Shown: positions 49,675-60,510 of the stretch, in pieces
Numbering within the stretch: the stretch's first letter is position 1
Layout of the letters: the number at the start of each line of letters is the position of its first letter
Assembly: GCA_963832605.1 (NCBI GenBank)
Contig: CAWHUO010000019.1
Coordinates: 38,108 to 102,107, forward strand
DNA from: an uncultured Alphaproteobacteria bacterium
GTDB taxonomy: Bacteria > Pseudomonadota > Alphaproteobacteria > Rhizobiales > Xanthobacteraceae
Direction: 5' to 3'
DNA: 64,000 nt
The notes under the pieces: generated by a model
What the model was told of the DNA's origin: nothing
The model's input: the letters and a program-made list of their open reading frames with translations, nothing else
Databases searched by the model: none
Made by a program: the position numbers and the translations under genes

Positions 49675-52322
49675 ATGAACTACGCAACTCTTCGCTCCGC
49701 AACCGTCGCTCACCAACCGATGGTCGGCGGGACCGAACTTGAGAGCCAAAAGAAACAAGGGATTGCCGCACTCGTCGTCGGCGTGGTTCTGCAAACGGGC
49801 GCCGTTGCAGCACACTATGCCGGCTTAGCAATGGCCATGAACGGCCTCGCTGTTGGTACTGCCATCGCGATCGGATATGCGGCGATCTGTCTTTATCGTA
49901 TGCGCGCCCCCGTCGGCGCCACGCTGCAAAGGACCGGGCTCGATGATCTGCGCATACAATCGGCGCTTGAGGCCTGCAAAACCAACGTGATGATCGCGGA
50001 CGATCAATACAACATCGTCTACATGAACGCGACCATGCTGGCGATGATGCGGGCTGCCGAGGCGGAGCTGCGCAAGGACATCCCGACCCTTAACAGCAAC
50101 AAGCTGATCGGCGTTAACATCGATACGTTCCACAAGAACCCGGCGCATCAGCGACGCATTCTGGAAGGCTTGAGCGGACCGATCGAGACCGATCTCAGCA
50201 TCGGCGGTCGCAGCTTTCATTTGGTCGTCACGCCGATTTTCCAGGACGGAAGCAAAGTTCGGCTTGGCACCGTCGTTGAATGGCAGGACCTAACCGCGGC
50301 GCGCGCTGCGGAGAAGGTAGCGCGGCGGCTGCAAGCGGCGCTTGAACTCATGCCAAACCAACGTCATGGTCGCCAACGAAAACTACGACATCGTGTACAT
50401 GAACGACACGATGCTGCAGATGATTCGGGCGGCGGAAGGCGAGATGCGCAAGGACGTGCCGGCGCTCGACAGCAGCAAGCTGATCGGCGCCAACATCGAT
50501 ATGTTCCACAAAAATCCGGCGCATCAGCGGCGCATCCTTGATGGGTTGAGTGGCCCGATCGAGACCGATCTCACCATCGGCGGCCGCAGCTTCCATTTAG
50601 TGGTCACGCCGGTCTTCGAGGAGGGAAGCAAAAAGCGGCTCGGCACCGTCGTCGAGTGGCAGGACTTAACAGCGGCAAAGGCAGCCGAACGCGAAGCTCT
50701 CCGCGTGCGCGCGGCGCTCGATTCCTGCCAGACGAACGTTATGGTCGCCAATGAGCATTACAACATCGTCTATATGAACAATACGATGTTGGAGATGATC
50801 CGGGCGGCCGAGAACGAAATACGCAAGGACGTTCCGGCGCTCGACAGCCGCAAACTCATCGGCGCAAATATCGACATTTTCCACAAGAATCCGGCGCACC
50901 AGCGGCGTATTCTGGATGGATTGACCCGCCCGATCGAAACCGATCTTCGGATCGGCGGCCGCAATTTCCACCTAGTGCGTCTCGCCGGTCGTGGACAAGG
51001 ACGGCAAACGCCTTGGCACGTCCGTGGAGTGGAAGGACGAAACCGCCGAGAAGGCGATCGAGGCTGAGATTGACGGCGTCGCCAAAGCCGCTGTCGCCGG
51101 CGACTTCTCACGCCAGCTTACGCTCGAAGGCAAGAAGGGGTTCATGCTCAATCTGGCCACTGCGATGAACGGCCTATGCCAAAACACCGCCGGTGCGCTG
51201 GATGACCTCGTCCGCATGCTGAGCGCCCTCGCCGACGGCGATCTGACGCAGCAAATCACCGCCGATTATCAGGGTGCGTTTGCCAAGCTGAAAACCGACG
51301 CGAACGTGATGGCCGATCGGCTGAGCTCGACAATAGGCGAAATCAAGATGGCGGCGCGCGAAGTATCGTCCGCGACCGCGGAAATCTCGACCAGCACCAC
51401 TGATCTATCGCAGCGGACCGAGGAACAAGCCGCGAGCCTCGAACAGACATCGGCATCAATGGAGCAAATGTCCGCGACCGTTAAAAAGAACGCAGAAAGC
51501 GCGCAAGAGGCCAATCACTCGGCTGCAAGCACCCGTGACGTCGCCGACCGCGGCGGTCAGGTAGTCGCTAAAGTCGTTGACGCCATGGCGCGGATCGAGG
51601 AATCGTCGCGCAAGATTTCCGACATCATCGGCGTGATCGACGAGATTGCACGGCAGACCAATCTGCTCGCGCTCAACGCCGCCGTTGAGGCGGCGCGGGC
51701 CGGCGAAGCCGGTCGCGGCTTCGCGGTCGTGGCGTCGGAAGTCCGCAGCCTCGCGCAACGATCCTCGCAGGCCGCCAAAGACATCAAGGACCTGATTATC
51801 AGCAGTAACAGTCAGGTGAAGGACGGTGTCGATCTCGTCAACAAGGCCGGTTCCGCATTAAATGAAATTGTGGAGTTGATCAAAAAGGTGGCCGACATCG
51901 TCGCCGATATCGCTTCGGCTAGCGCCGAACAAGCGGGTGGCATCGAGCAGGTGAACAAAGCCCTCACCCAGATGGATGAGGTCACACAGCAGAACTCCGC
52001 GCTGGTTGAGGAGAACGCTGCGACGGCGAAGACACTCGAGCATCAGGCGAGCCTCATGGACGAACGGATAGCCTTCTTCCGCGTCGGCGACGCAGAGGCG
52101 CACGCGCCGCTCGCCGTCGAAACGACTGCGGCTGCGCCCAAGGTAGCCGAGATTGGGACGGCCCAAACGAAGAGCCAGCCGAGCAAGCCCGCTGTAGCCG
52201 CGCGTAAGACTGGTAACGGAGCCAACGGCGCAGCGGCAACTGCCTCTCGACGCGGTCCGGCAGGCCGCACGCAGGCCGCGCTTGCTACAGCCGTCAAAGA
52301 CCCGGAGTGGAAAGAATTCTAG
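49675..52322 (+). pseudogene. Methyl-accepting chemotaxis protein with three tandem PAS-like domains, HAMP and signalling domain; two 1-nt insertions (about 50341 and 50985)
   Basis: ATG at 49675. Two TM segments and three 125-aa repeats. Highly conserved hairpin [42 protein letters not shown]-terminal pentapeptide EWKEF. Pieces are ORFs 49585.., 50342.. and 50991..52322. Confidence 0.9.
49963..51090 (+). repeat. Three tandem diverged 375-nt coding repeats (PAS-like modules)
   Basis: Units start at about 49963, 50338 and 50714 (ALEACKTNVM.., ALNSCQTNVM.., ALDSCQTNVM..). By eye, units 2 and 3 are roughly 80% identical at nucleotide level. Confidence 0.85.
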
Positions 52323-52366
52323 CGTGAATTGTCAGTGCTTCTGGATCAATCCACGAAGCTCTGATA

Positions 52367-52406
52367 GGGACCGACGCGGATGCCGACGCGTCGGTCCCAT
52401 TTTTTT
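52367..52406 (+). terminator. Rho-independent terminator after the chemoreceptor gene
   Basis: GGGACCGACGCG-(8 nt loop)-CGCGTCGGTCCC followed by ATTTTTTT. Confidence 0.8.
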
Positions 52407-52558
52407 GGAGTGAGCCGACTTCACGCGCCCACCGGTCGCCAATAAATTTCAGCACTTGCGCAGCAACATGACCACCTCGATGCGAGGATCTCACAAGCAT
52501 CCGCGGACCACCTGACGCTTAATTCTGCTGCGCTTTTTTCGATCAGGCGGAGAGCAAC

Positions 52559-53515
52559 TCAGGTGAGCACGCGCACCGGCTTGCCGTCGAGGAAGGCGCG
52601 GATGTCATCCACCATGCCGCCGAAAAAGGCTCGATAGTTCTGCTCGGCGACGTAGCCGAGATGCGGAGCAAGCACGACATTGTCGAGCTTGCGTAAGGGA
52701 TGCTCGACCGGCAGGGGCTCGACGTCGAACACATCAAGGCCGGCGCCAGCGATGCGTTTTTCACGCAGCGCGGCGATAAGTGCAGCCTCCTCGACGATCG
52801 GTCCCCGCGAGGTGTTGATGAGGTAAGCGCTCGGCTTCATCAGGCTGAGTTCGTTTCCGCCAATCAGACCGCGCGTGCGCGGCGATAGCTGCAAGTGGAT
52901 CGAAAGAAAATCTGCGCGGCGGAACAGATCGTCGCGGCTCACATATTCGGCGCCGATTTCCTTGCATTTCTCTGGGGTGAGGTTCTGGCTCCAGGCGATG
53001 ACATTCATTCTGAAGGCCCGGCCGATCTCGGCCACGCGGGTGCCGAGTTTGCCAAGCCCGAGAAGTGCCAGCGTCATGCCTTCGAGATCGAGCCCGATCG
53101 TGGTCTGCCAGGGTGCGCCGGCTTTCAGCCGCGCGTTCTCGTAGCCGATGTGGCGGGCAAGTTCGAGCATCAGCCCGATGGCGATAGCGGCGGTGGCGTT
53201 GCCGAACGCGGGCGTGCCGCAGACCACTACGCCGCGTGCCTTGGCGGCTTCGAGATCGAACGAGGCGTTGCGCATGCCGGTGGTGATCAGAAGCTTGAGA
53301 TCGGGCAGGGCCTCGATCACCGCGCGCGGAAAGGGGGTGCGCTCACGCATGGCGCAGATGATGGCAAAGCCTTGCAGCGCCGCAACGATCTTGTCCGCTG
53401 AACCGAGATGCTCGTTGAACACCTTGATTTCGACATCGGCTTTCACTTTCGACCAGTCGGCAAAAGTGAGCGCGACGTTTTGATAATCATCGAGAATGGC
53501 GCAGCGTAGAGGCAT
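52559..53515 (-). CDS. D-isomer-specific 2-hydroxyacid dehydrogenase family protein
   Basis: ATG at 53515 (MPLRCAILDDYQ). NAD-binding GLGKLG. Catalytic region ...NTSRGPIVEE...DVFDVEP...LAPHLGY. Confidence 0.85.
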   Translation of the reverse strand: MPLRCAILDDYQNVALTFADWSKVKADVEIKVFNEHLGSADKIVAALQGFAIICAMRERTPFPRAVIEALPDLKLLITTGMRNASFDLEAAKARGVVVCGTPAFGNATAAIAIGLMLELARHIGYENARLKAGAPWQTTIGLDLEGMTLALLGLGKLGTRVAEIGRAFRMNVIAWSQNLTPEKCKEIGAEYVSRDDLFRRADFLSIHLQLSPRTRGLIGGNELSLMKPSAYLINTSRGPIVEEAALIAALREKRIAGAGLDVFDVEPLPVEHPLRKLDNVVLAPHLGYVAEQNYRAFFGGMVDDIRAFLDGKPVRVLT

Positions 53516-53663
53516 CGTATTCCCTCGTGGTCGTTCCGTAGCGCCGCGAAGCGGCACACCCGGAATCTATAACCACCGCAGGTGCAAAGTCCTGCACTGT
53601 CTGGGACTATCGACACGGGACTCGCCGGCGGCGAACGGCCGCGCCCTGGATGACGTCTCCGGG

Positions 53664-53867
53664 TTAGGCGTGAGCCTTGGCAATTTCGTGCAGTGCGTGG
53701 CCGGTCTCGACGACCGCCGAGGCGGCTTTCGCCGCGATGCCGGCGCGTTTGGCGTGCCATTTCGGCCCGGGTCCGCGCATGTAGTGCAGTTCCGGCCGAT
53801 AGGGGTCGAAGAGATACGAAAAGCTCCGCGACAGTTCGCGAACGGACTTGGTGAGTCTACGGCGCAT
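53664..53867 (-). CDS. Small conserved hypothetical protein
   Basis: ATG at 53867. 67 aa: MRRRLTKSVRELSRSFSYLFDPYRPELHYMRGPGPKWHAK... I recall the YRPE.HYMRGPGPKW motif from related Rhizobiales genomes, but I cannot verify this here. Confidence 0.45.
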   Translation of the reverse strand: MRRRLTKSVRELSRSFSYLFDPYRPELHYMRGPGPKWHAKRAGIAAKAASAVVETGHALHEIAKAHA

Positions 53868-54246
53868 GGGGCGCTCCCAGCCGCTTTGCCGTGCCGCGTC
53901 ATCCCGCCGGCGCGATAACGAGCCCGATCGCGAAGACGCGGCTTTGCTGCAAAGTTTCGGCGAAAAGTCATTAAAAATTAGTACGAATGGTCGCCGGCGC
54001 GGCCGACATGCGGCTCGAATGTGATTCACAATTGACGAAGTCTTGCCGCGATCGGCAACTCGTGGGGCGGCGGCGCTTGTTATCGAGCGTGCATCGCTGC
54101 GGTCGGTCCTTGCCCTTCGCGCGCGCTGTCGCTACATCAGCGGCAGATTTTTCCCGAAATGAGCGCTTTTGCGGTCGCGCCCGAAAGGGCGCGGGTTCCG
54201 AACGGCGCCGAACAAGAGGACAGGCGCCCAACCTGAAATCTTTAGA

Positions 54247-55899
54247 ATGGCGCGTCAATTCATTTATCACATGCAAGGCCTCTCCAAGGTCTATCCCGGC
54301 AACCGGAAGGTCTTGGAGAACATCAATCTGTCATTCTATCCCGATGCCAAGATTGGCGTTCTCGGCGTCAACGGCTCCGGTAAGTCGACGCTGCTCCGCA
54401 TCATGGCCGGGCTCGACACAGACTTTTCCGGTGAAGCCTGGGCCGCCCAAGGCGCCCGCGTCGGCTATCTGGCGCAGGAGCCGCAGCTCGATCCGGCAAA
54501 ATCGGTCCGCGAAAACGTCATGGATGGCGTAGCGCCGCAGAAAGCGATCCTCGACCGCTACAACGAGCTCGCCATGAATTACTCCGACGAAACCGCCGAC
54601 GAGATGACCAAGCTGCAGGACGAGATCGAAGCCAAGGGGCTGTGGGATCTCAACTCCAAGGTAGACCAGGCAATGGATGCATTGCGCTGCCCGCCGGATG
54701 GTGCCGAAGTGGCACAGCTTTCCGGCGGCGAAAGGCGGCGTGTCGCGCTCTGCAAGCTCCTTTTGGAGCAGCCGGAGCTCCTCCTGCTCGATGAGCCGAC
54801 CAACCATCTCGATGCCGAGTCGGTCATGTGGCTCGAGGGCCACCTGCGGAATTATCCGGGCGCCATCCTCATCGTCACCCACGACCGCTATTTCCTCGAC
54901 AACGTCACCGGCTGGATCCTCGAGCTCGATCGCGGCCGTGGCATTCCCTACGAGGGCAATTACTCGTCGTGGCTGGTGCAAAAGCAGAAGCGGCTCGAGC
55001 AGGAGGGCCGCGAAGAGGAGGCGCGCCAGCGTACGCTTGCCCGCGAACAGGAATGGATCTCCGCTTCCCCGCGGGCGCGGCAGGCGAAATCCAAGGCGCG
55101 ATATGAACGCTACGAGGAATTGCTGAAAAAAGCCGGCGAGAAGCAGACGCAGACGGCGCAGATCGTCATCCCGGTCGCCGAACGGCTGGGGCAGAACGTC
55201 ATCGATTTCGAGCATCTGAAAAAGGGTTTCGGCGATAATCTGTTGATCGACGATCTCACTTTCAAATTACCGGCGGGCAGCATCGTCGGCGTCATCGGGC
55301 CGAACGGCGCCGGCAAGACGACTTTGTTTCGTATGATCACGGCGCAAGACAAGCCCGACCAGGGCACCATCAAGATCGGCGAATCCGTGCACCTCGGCTA
55401 TGTTGATCAATCGCGCGATACGCTCGACGGCAAGAAGTCGGTGTGGGAGGAAGTTTCCGGCGGGCTTGATCAGCTGCAGCTCGGCAAGCGCGAGGTCAAT
55501 TCGCGCGCCTATTGCGCGGCGTTCAATTTCAAGGGCGCCGACCAGCAGAAGAAAGTCGGCCAACTCTCCGGCGGTGAAAGAAACCGCGTGCACCTCGCCA
55601 AGATGCTGAAATCCGGCGCCAACGTGCTCCTGCTCGACGAGCCGACCAACGACCTCGATGTCGACACGCTGCGCGCGCTCGAAGAGGCGCTCGAGGATTT
55701 CGCCGGTTGCGCGGTGATCATCAGCCACGACCGCTGGTTCCTCGACCGCATTGCCACCCACATCCTCGCCTTCGAGGGCGACAGCCATGTCGAATGGTTC
55801 GAGGGCAACTTTCAGGATTACGAGACGGACAAGATGCATCGATTGGGGACGGACACGGTCATCCCGCACCGAATCAAGTATAAGAAGTTTTCACGGTAA
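54247..55899 (+). CDS. ettA: Energy-dependent translational throttle protein EttA (ABC-F ATPase)
   Basis: ATG at 54247 ([30 protein letters not shown]). Two Walker A motifs ([18 protein letters not shown]) and two LSGGE signatures. 550 aa. Confidence 0.95.
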   Translation: MARQFIYHMQGLSKVYPGNRKVLENINLSFYPDAKIGVLGVNGSGKSTLLRIMAGLDTDFSGEAWAAQGARVGYLAQEPQLDPAKSVRENVMDGVAPQKAILDRYNELAMNYSDETADEMTKLQDEIEAKGLWDLNSKVDQAMDALRCPPDGAEVAQLSGGERRRVALCKLLLEQPELLLLDEPTNHLDAESVMWLEGHLRNYPGAILIVTHDRYFLDNVTGWILELDRGRGIPYEGNYSSWLVQKQKRLEQEGREEEARQRTLAREQEWISASPRARQAKSKARYERYEELLKKAGEKQTQTAQIVIPVAERLGQNVIDFEHLKKGFGDNLLIDDLTFKLPAGSIVGVIGPNGAGKTTLFRMITAQDKPDQGTIKIGESVHLGYVDQSRDTLDGKKSVWEEVSGGLDQLQLGKREVNSRAYCAAFNFKGADQQKKVGQLSGGERNRVHLAKMLKSGANVLLLDEPTNDLDVDTLRALEEALEDFAGCAVIISHDRWFLDRIATHILAFEGDSHVEWFEGNFQDYETDKMHRLGTDTVIPHRIKYKKFSR

Positions 55900-56054
55900 T
55901 TATCGTAGTCGGGGAGGTGATTTTACTCGGCTTACATTTGCTCCGTCGAATGCCCATATAACGCTGGTGCCGTTGCGATTGTGCGAATAGCCCCGTGCTC
56001 GGGAGCGGTACCGTGATCGCCGCTACTGGTGGTTGCGCTTAAAAGGAGACGACA

Positions 56055-56282
56055 TTGGCGACAAGATCCAGTGAGGCCCGCTCAAGCGAGGCCCGTGCCC
56101 GTGCTGAAGCAAGTTTTAATAAAGAAGAGCGCGCCAAGGACGGCGTCAAGGCGATGTCGGAATATCAGGCCAACAGCCGAATAATTCGCGAGAAGACCGA
56201 GAGATTGAGGGCGCTCCGATTGGCCAAGGAAGCCGCCGACAAGGAAGCAGAGCTCGCAAAATCCTCGGCCGGCAAGCGGTAA
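56055..56282 (+). CDS. Small charged coiled-coil hypothetical protein
   Basis: 75 aa, TTG start, Lys/Glu/Ala-rich. No motif recognised. Confidence 0.35.
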   Translation: MATRSSEARSSEARARAEASFNKEERAKDGVKAMSEYQANSRIIREKTERLRALRLAKEAADKEAELAKSSAGKR

Positions 56283-56522
56283 GGCCAGGCGCGAGCTCCG
56301 GGTCGCCTTGAAACGACCACAACTATCGCCCATATAGGGCTGGCGGCCTAATAGGCCTGCGGCGAGCCGCGTGTACGGGACCCCGTCAAACGGCTTCTGG
56401 CTCGCTTTTTAATCATTTGTCACTGACAGCCCAGATCGCGCGGGGTGTCCTGTTTCACCCGCCATGCAGGCCCGGCGCAGCGCGCAGCGGCTGCATGAGC
56501 GCGCACATAGAAAGTTTCCTCT

Positions 56523-57852
56523 TTGACCGACTTCCACCACTTTGGACTCAACGACAAAATCATTCGCGCCCTCGCAGAAGAAAAATATCTCACCCCGACC
56601 CCGATCCAAGCGCAGACAATACCGACTGTCATGTCGGGCCGCGACGTGATTGGAATAGCTCAGACCGGAACCGGCAAGACCGCCGCCTTCGCGCTGCCAA
56701 TCCTGCATCATCTCGCCGCCAACGCGCACCCGACGGTGCGCAAGAGCTGCCGCATCCTGGTGCTCAGCCCGACGCGTGAACTGTCCGGGCAGATACTCGA
56801 CAGCTTCCGCGCCTATGGCCGCCACCTACACATCAGGACGGCGCTGGCGATCGGTGGCGTGCCGATGGGCGGGCAGGTTCGGGCCTTGCTGAACGGCGTC
56901 GATGTTCTTGTCGCCACGCCGGGCCGGCTCATCGACCTCGTCAAGAGCAACGCGCTTCGTTTAGCCGACGTTGAATGCCTCGTTCTCGACGAAGCGGATC
57001 GCATGCTCGATATGGGCTTCATCCACGACATCCGCAAAATCGTGGCAAAACTTCCGCCGAAACGTCAGACGTTGATGTTTTCCGCAACGATGCCTCGCGC
57101 CATCGCTGAACTCGCCGCGCAGATGCTGCATGACCCGATCAAGGTGGCGGTGGCTCCGGTGGCCTCGACCGTTGAACTGGTCGAGCAGCGCATCATCCGT
57201 GTCGATCGCGCCGCGAAGCCCACCATCCTCGTCGACGTGCTGCGGGACGAGGCGATCGACCGGGCGCTGATCTTTACGCGAACCAAGCATGGCGCCGACA
57301 AGGTCGTGCGCGGGCTGCTGCGGGCCGGCATCGCCGCCGAAGCCATCCACGGCAATAAATCGCAAAATCAGCGCGAGCGGGTGCTCGCGGCCTTTCGCAA
57401 AGGTACGGTCAGAACGCTCGTGGCCACCGATATCGCCGCACGCGGCATCGATGTTGATGGCATAAGCCACGTGGTGAACTTCGATCTGCCGAACGTGCCG
57501 GAGACTTATGTGCATCGTATCGGCCGCACGGCGCGGGCCGGCGCCGCCGGCGTGGCAATCTCGCTGTGCGACGGCGAGGAGGTAGCCTACCTGCGCGATA
57601 TCGAAAAACTCATTCGCATGTCGATTGCCATCAGCGACAGGCGCGCGCAGCCGGGACGCTCCGAGCCGCCGATCATGAAGGATCGGGCCGGCCGCATCCG
57701 CGGGCGGTGCTCCGGGTAAGGGTCGGCGACGGCGACAGCAGGGCGCGCCGGCGCGCCGAGAACAAAGTCACAATCAGCCGCAGGAGACTGCCGGCGGGAT
57801 CGCAGCGGTCGCTTTCCTGCAGCCCCACGGGGCAACGAGGCGCGAGTGTTGA
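56523..57852 (+). pseudogene. DEAD-box ATP-dependent RNA helicase (RhlE-like), probable frameshift near 57700 in the basic tail
   Basis: TTG start. AQTGTGKT, DEAD, SAT and HRIGRTARAG are present. The listed ORF stops at 57719. My translation of the next frame gives a plausible tail, [49 protein letters not shown], ending at 57852. Confidence 0.85.
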
Positions 57853-57896
57853 CCAACACGCGCCGCGTTGGACAAGCCATCCAAAGGGGTCGTAAC

Positions 57897-58172
57897 GTGT
57901 CGAAAGAAGAACTCCTGCAATTTGAGGGTCTCGTCCTTGAGATATTGCCCGACGCCCGCTTTCGCGTTCAGCTCGACAACGGCCACGCGCTCATCGCTTA
58001 TACCGCCGGAAGAATGAAGAAAAATCGGATCAAAACCTTGGCTGGCGATCGGGTGACCGTCGAAGTGTCGCCATACGATCTGGAAAAGGGGCGCTTGATC
58101 TTTCGCCACAAGGATGAACGGTCCGGCTCCGCCAGCCGCCCGCCGCAGCGCAACCAGTTTCGCCGGCGATGA
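57897..58172 (+). CDS. infA: Translation initiation factor IF-1
   Basis: GTG at 57897. (M)[71 protein letters not shown] plus a short basic tail. Confidence 0.9.
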   Translation: MSKEELLQFEGLVLEILPDARFRVQLDNGHALIAYTAGRMKKNRIKTLAGDRVTVEVSPYDLEKGRLIFRHKDERSGSASRPPQRNQFRRR

Positions 58173-58230
58173 CGCGGATGCTCAAGCCCTATTCCGATGA
58201 CAGCGGCAATGTCGCGGCAAGCGAGGCGGT

Positions 58231-58452
58231 GTGATGCGCTTCTTTATCTTCAAATCTGATGCGAGTCCCGACCTGCGCGCCTTCGGTAGCGATTTGGCTG
58301 GCAGCCGGCTGCCGAATCAATTCAGGCCCTGGCACGCGATCGGTGCCGTCGCGCCGGACCAGGATCCTCCGTATGGCCTTTCGCGCGAGGTCATCGAGAC
58401 GGCGATAACGGCCCAAGGTTTTCAGCTCTGGCGCTTGAGCAAAAAAGGCTGA
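58231..58452 (+). CDS. Small conserved hypothetical protein
   Basis: 73 aa: MMRFFIFKSDASPDLRAFGSDLAGSRLPNQFRPWHAIGAVAPDQ... Codon usage looks coding. No known domain recognised. Confidence 0.5.
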   Translation: MMRFFIFKSDASPDLRAFGSDLAGSRLPNQFRPWHAIGAVAPDQDPPYGLSREVIETAITAQGFQLWRLSKKG

Positions 58453-58505
58453 GCTTGTTGGACCGGAAGCGAGACGTTCGCAAATCTGCTAAAGGAGCGT
58501 CGCCA

Positions 58506-58721
58506 ATGACAGATCGCGACCATAAGTTCAAAGTTGGGCAGACGGTCGATCTCATTCCGTCGATTTCCCGCTCTGCTGCAGCCGGCCATTACCAAATTGT
58601 GAGCTTGCGTCCCGCCGATGGCGGAAATCCGCAATATCGCATCAAAAGCAGGAGCGAAAGCCACGAGCGAGTCGTTTCCGAGAGCGATCTTATCCTCTCG
58701 GCGCACTTGAAATTCGATTAG
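58506..58721 (+). CDS. Small hypothetical protein
   Basis: ATG at 58506. 71 aa: MTDRDHKFKVGQTVDLIPSISRSAAAGHYQIVSLRPADGGNPQYRIKSRSESHERVVSESDL. Confidence 0.45.
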   Translation: MTDRDHKFKVGQTVDLIPSISRSAAAGHYQIVSLRPADGGNPQYRIKSRSESHERVVSESDLILSAHLKFD

Positions 58722-58786
58722 TTTGGGGGGGCGACGCGTCGGGGCGATCGGCGCAGCGAGAAAACCGCAACCGGACCGGACAGGAA

Positions 58787-58999
58787 ATGACGATGTTCAA
58801 GATTTTCGAACTCAAAGGCCAAGGTTCGGCGCCGGCCACACAAGTCGGTGACAGGTATTCCACGCGCGAGCAGGCGATGGCTGCGGTGAAGAAGCGGCTC
58901 AAGACATTCAACGTGTCCGGACATAATCCGGAAGGTGATTATTGGTGGGCGCGGGATTCCGAAGGCTTGCGAAAATGCTGGATTTCCACCGCCGAATGA
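58787..58999 (+). CDS. Small hypothetical protein
   Basis: 70 aa: MTMFKIFELKGQGSAPATQVGDRYSTREQAMAAVKKRLKTF... Confidence 0.4.
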   Translation: MTMFKIFELKGQGSAPATQVGDRYSTREQAMAAVKKRLKTFNVSGHNPEGDYWWARDSEGLRKCWISTAE

Positions 59000-59017
59000 A
59001 CAGGCGGCGAGCCGACC

Positions 59018-59278
59018 ATGCTCAACTTTCCCAACCAGAGCCGGGTGTTTGATGCGACGCGGCGGGCCGTGCGGTTTTGGGGATACGAGAGCGCGATGGA
59101 GTGGTCATTCTTCGTCGGCGAGGATGAACTCAGACGCATGCAGCCGGATATGGGCCGGGATGAATTGGGTTTGCTCGAAGCGTTTGATTCGCATCGGCCC
59201 TTGATCTACGCCGCGGCAAAGAAAGCATTTACGCGCGCTCGCAAGGGATCCTACGAACTCGTGGCGGCCGATTTCTAG
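59018..59278 (+). CDS. DUF1488-like small protein
   Basis: 86 aa. MLNFPNQSRVFDATRRAVRFWGYESAMEWSFFV...AFDSHRPLIYAAAKKAFTRARKGSYELVAADF matches my recollection of the DUF1488 pattern. Confidence 0.55.
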   Translation: MLNFPNQSRVFDATRRAVRFWGYESAMEWSFFVGEDELRRMQPDMGRDELGLLEAFDSHRPLIYAAAKKAFTRARKGSYELVAADF

Positions 59279-59335
59279 CGCGTGAACCTGACTCCGCTTC
59301 CATGTCGGCGGGCTACCAGCAAGGCTCTGTCGCCG

Positions 59336-59590
59336 TCACGGTTGTTTGCTGCGCCGCGCCAACGGATATTCGCCGCTCTCGTACAAACGGCGGATCTCGT
59401 CGCTGCCGTATCTGCGCTCGTCGACTTCGAGAAAAGCGCCGACCAGGAGTTCGGGTGCAAGGTCTTCCATGCAGAAACGGATGGCCTCGGCGGCCTGGGC
59501 AAACCGCTTGTATGAAAGCGGCTGGCGGGTCGGTTTCCGCCTTCGAGTCGGAAACAACTCGGCGGCGGCTCGGTAGTCAAACTCGGCCAT
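59336..59590 (-). CDS. Small conserved hypothetical protein
   Basis: ATG at 59590. 84 aa: MAEFDYRAAAELFPTRRRKPTRQPLSYKRFAQAAEAIRFCMEDL...RRLYESGEYPLARR. Confidence 0.45.
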   Translation of the reverse strand: MAEFDYRAAAELFPTRRRKPTRQPLSYKRFAQAAEAIRFCMEDLAPELLVGAFLEVDERRYGSDEIRRLYESGEYPLARRSKQP

Positions 59591-59780
59591 CGGACGGGCT
59601 CTCGTGAACAAGAATTAGGATTCGTCCGAACCAACGTTCGTGTGGACGATAATATCAATATAAGATCAAAGTGCCACAATACCAGCCGGCCACGAGACAT
59701 TCTTGTCGGCCCCGAGGAGCCGGCGACATTTGAATCTATTTATCTGCTTTGGTCCTATACCACCGGTCGGCGAGAGCCAC

Positions 59781-60455
59781 CTACGGTTTCACCAGCAAGC
59801 CGTTCAGCACCAGATCGAGGTGGGCGTCGAAGTAAGTTTTCAAATCGAGCGGATGGCGGTCGTCGAACATCATCATCCAAAGGTCGACCAGCGCGATCGG
59901 TGCGATGATGACCAGTGGACACTCGGTCACCGCCGAGGGGCGGATCTCGCCGCGATCCATGCCGCGTTGGATCGCCCGCTTGAGCAAATCAACACAGGGC
60001 CGGTGGATCTCCTCGTGATAGCGGTCCGCGAGGGCCGGAAAACGCGACGCCTCCGCGATCAACATACGCACCACCTCGCGGCGGCGGCGATCTTCGACGA
60101 TGTGCTGGTAGATGAAGCTGAACTGCGCCTTTAGCAGTTCAGCAGTCGAGCCTTCGTGGCGTTCGAACATGGCTTGGATGGTGTCGAGCGTGGTTTTCAT
60201 TGCCTCGTGCACCATCGAAATGAACAAGTGCTCCTTGTTCTCGAAATAGACGTAGATCGTGCCTTTGGTGACGCCCGCGCGTTCGGCGATCTGATCGAGC
60301 GTGGTCATCGCGTAGCCGTTGCGCGAAAACTCGATGAACGCGGCTTCGACGATTTCCTGCGGGCGTTCGGCCTTGCGGCGGCGTCGGGTTTCCGTGCGCG
60401 TGTCCATCACGTCAGTCATGGGATGACCTGGAGTTCCCCGAATCATAGAAGTCAA
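59781..60455 (-). CDS. TetR/AcrR family transcriptional regulator, divergent from the efflux operon
   Basis: HTH TLDQIAERAGVTKGTIYVYF. An alternative start lies at 60419. Confidence 0.9.
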   Translation of the reverse strand: MTSMIRGTPGHPMTDVMDTRTETRRRRKAERPQEIVEAAFIEFSRNGYAMTTLDQIAERAGVTKGTIYVYFENKEHLFISMVHEAMKTTLDTIQAMFERHEGSTAELLKAQFSFIYQHIVEDRRRREVVRMLIAEASRFPALADRYHEEIHRPCVDLLKRAIQRGMDRGEIRPSAVTECPLVIIAPIALVDLWMMMFDDRHPLDLKTYFDAHLDLVLNGLLVKP

Positions 60456-60510
60456 GTTATTGACTAACCGGATAGTAAATAACTAGTCTGCCTTTGTTAA
60501 GGGTGGACAC

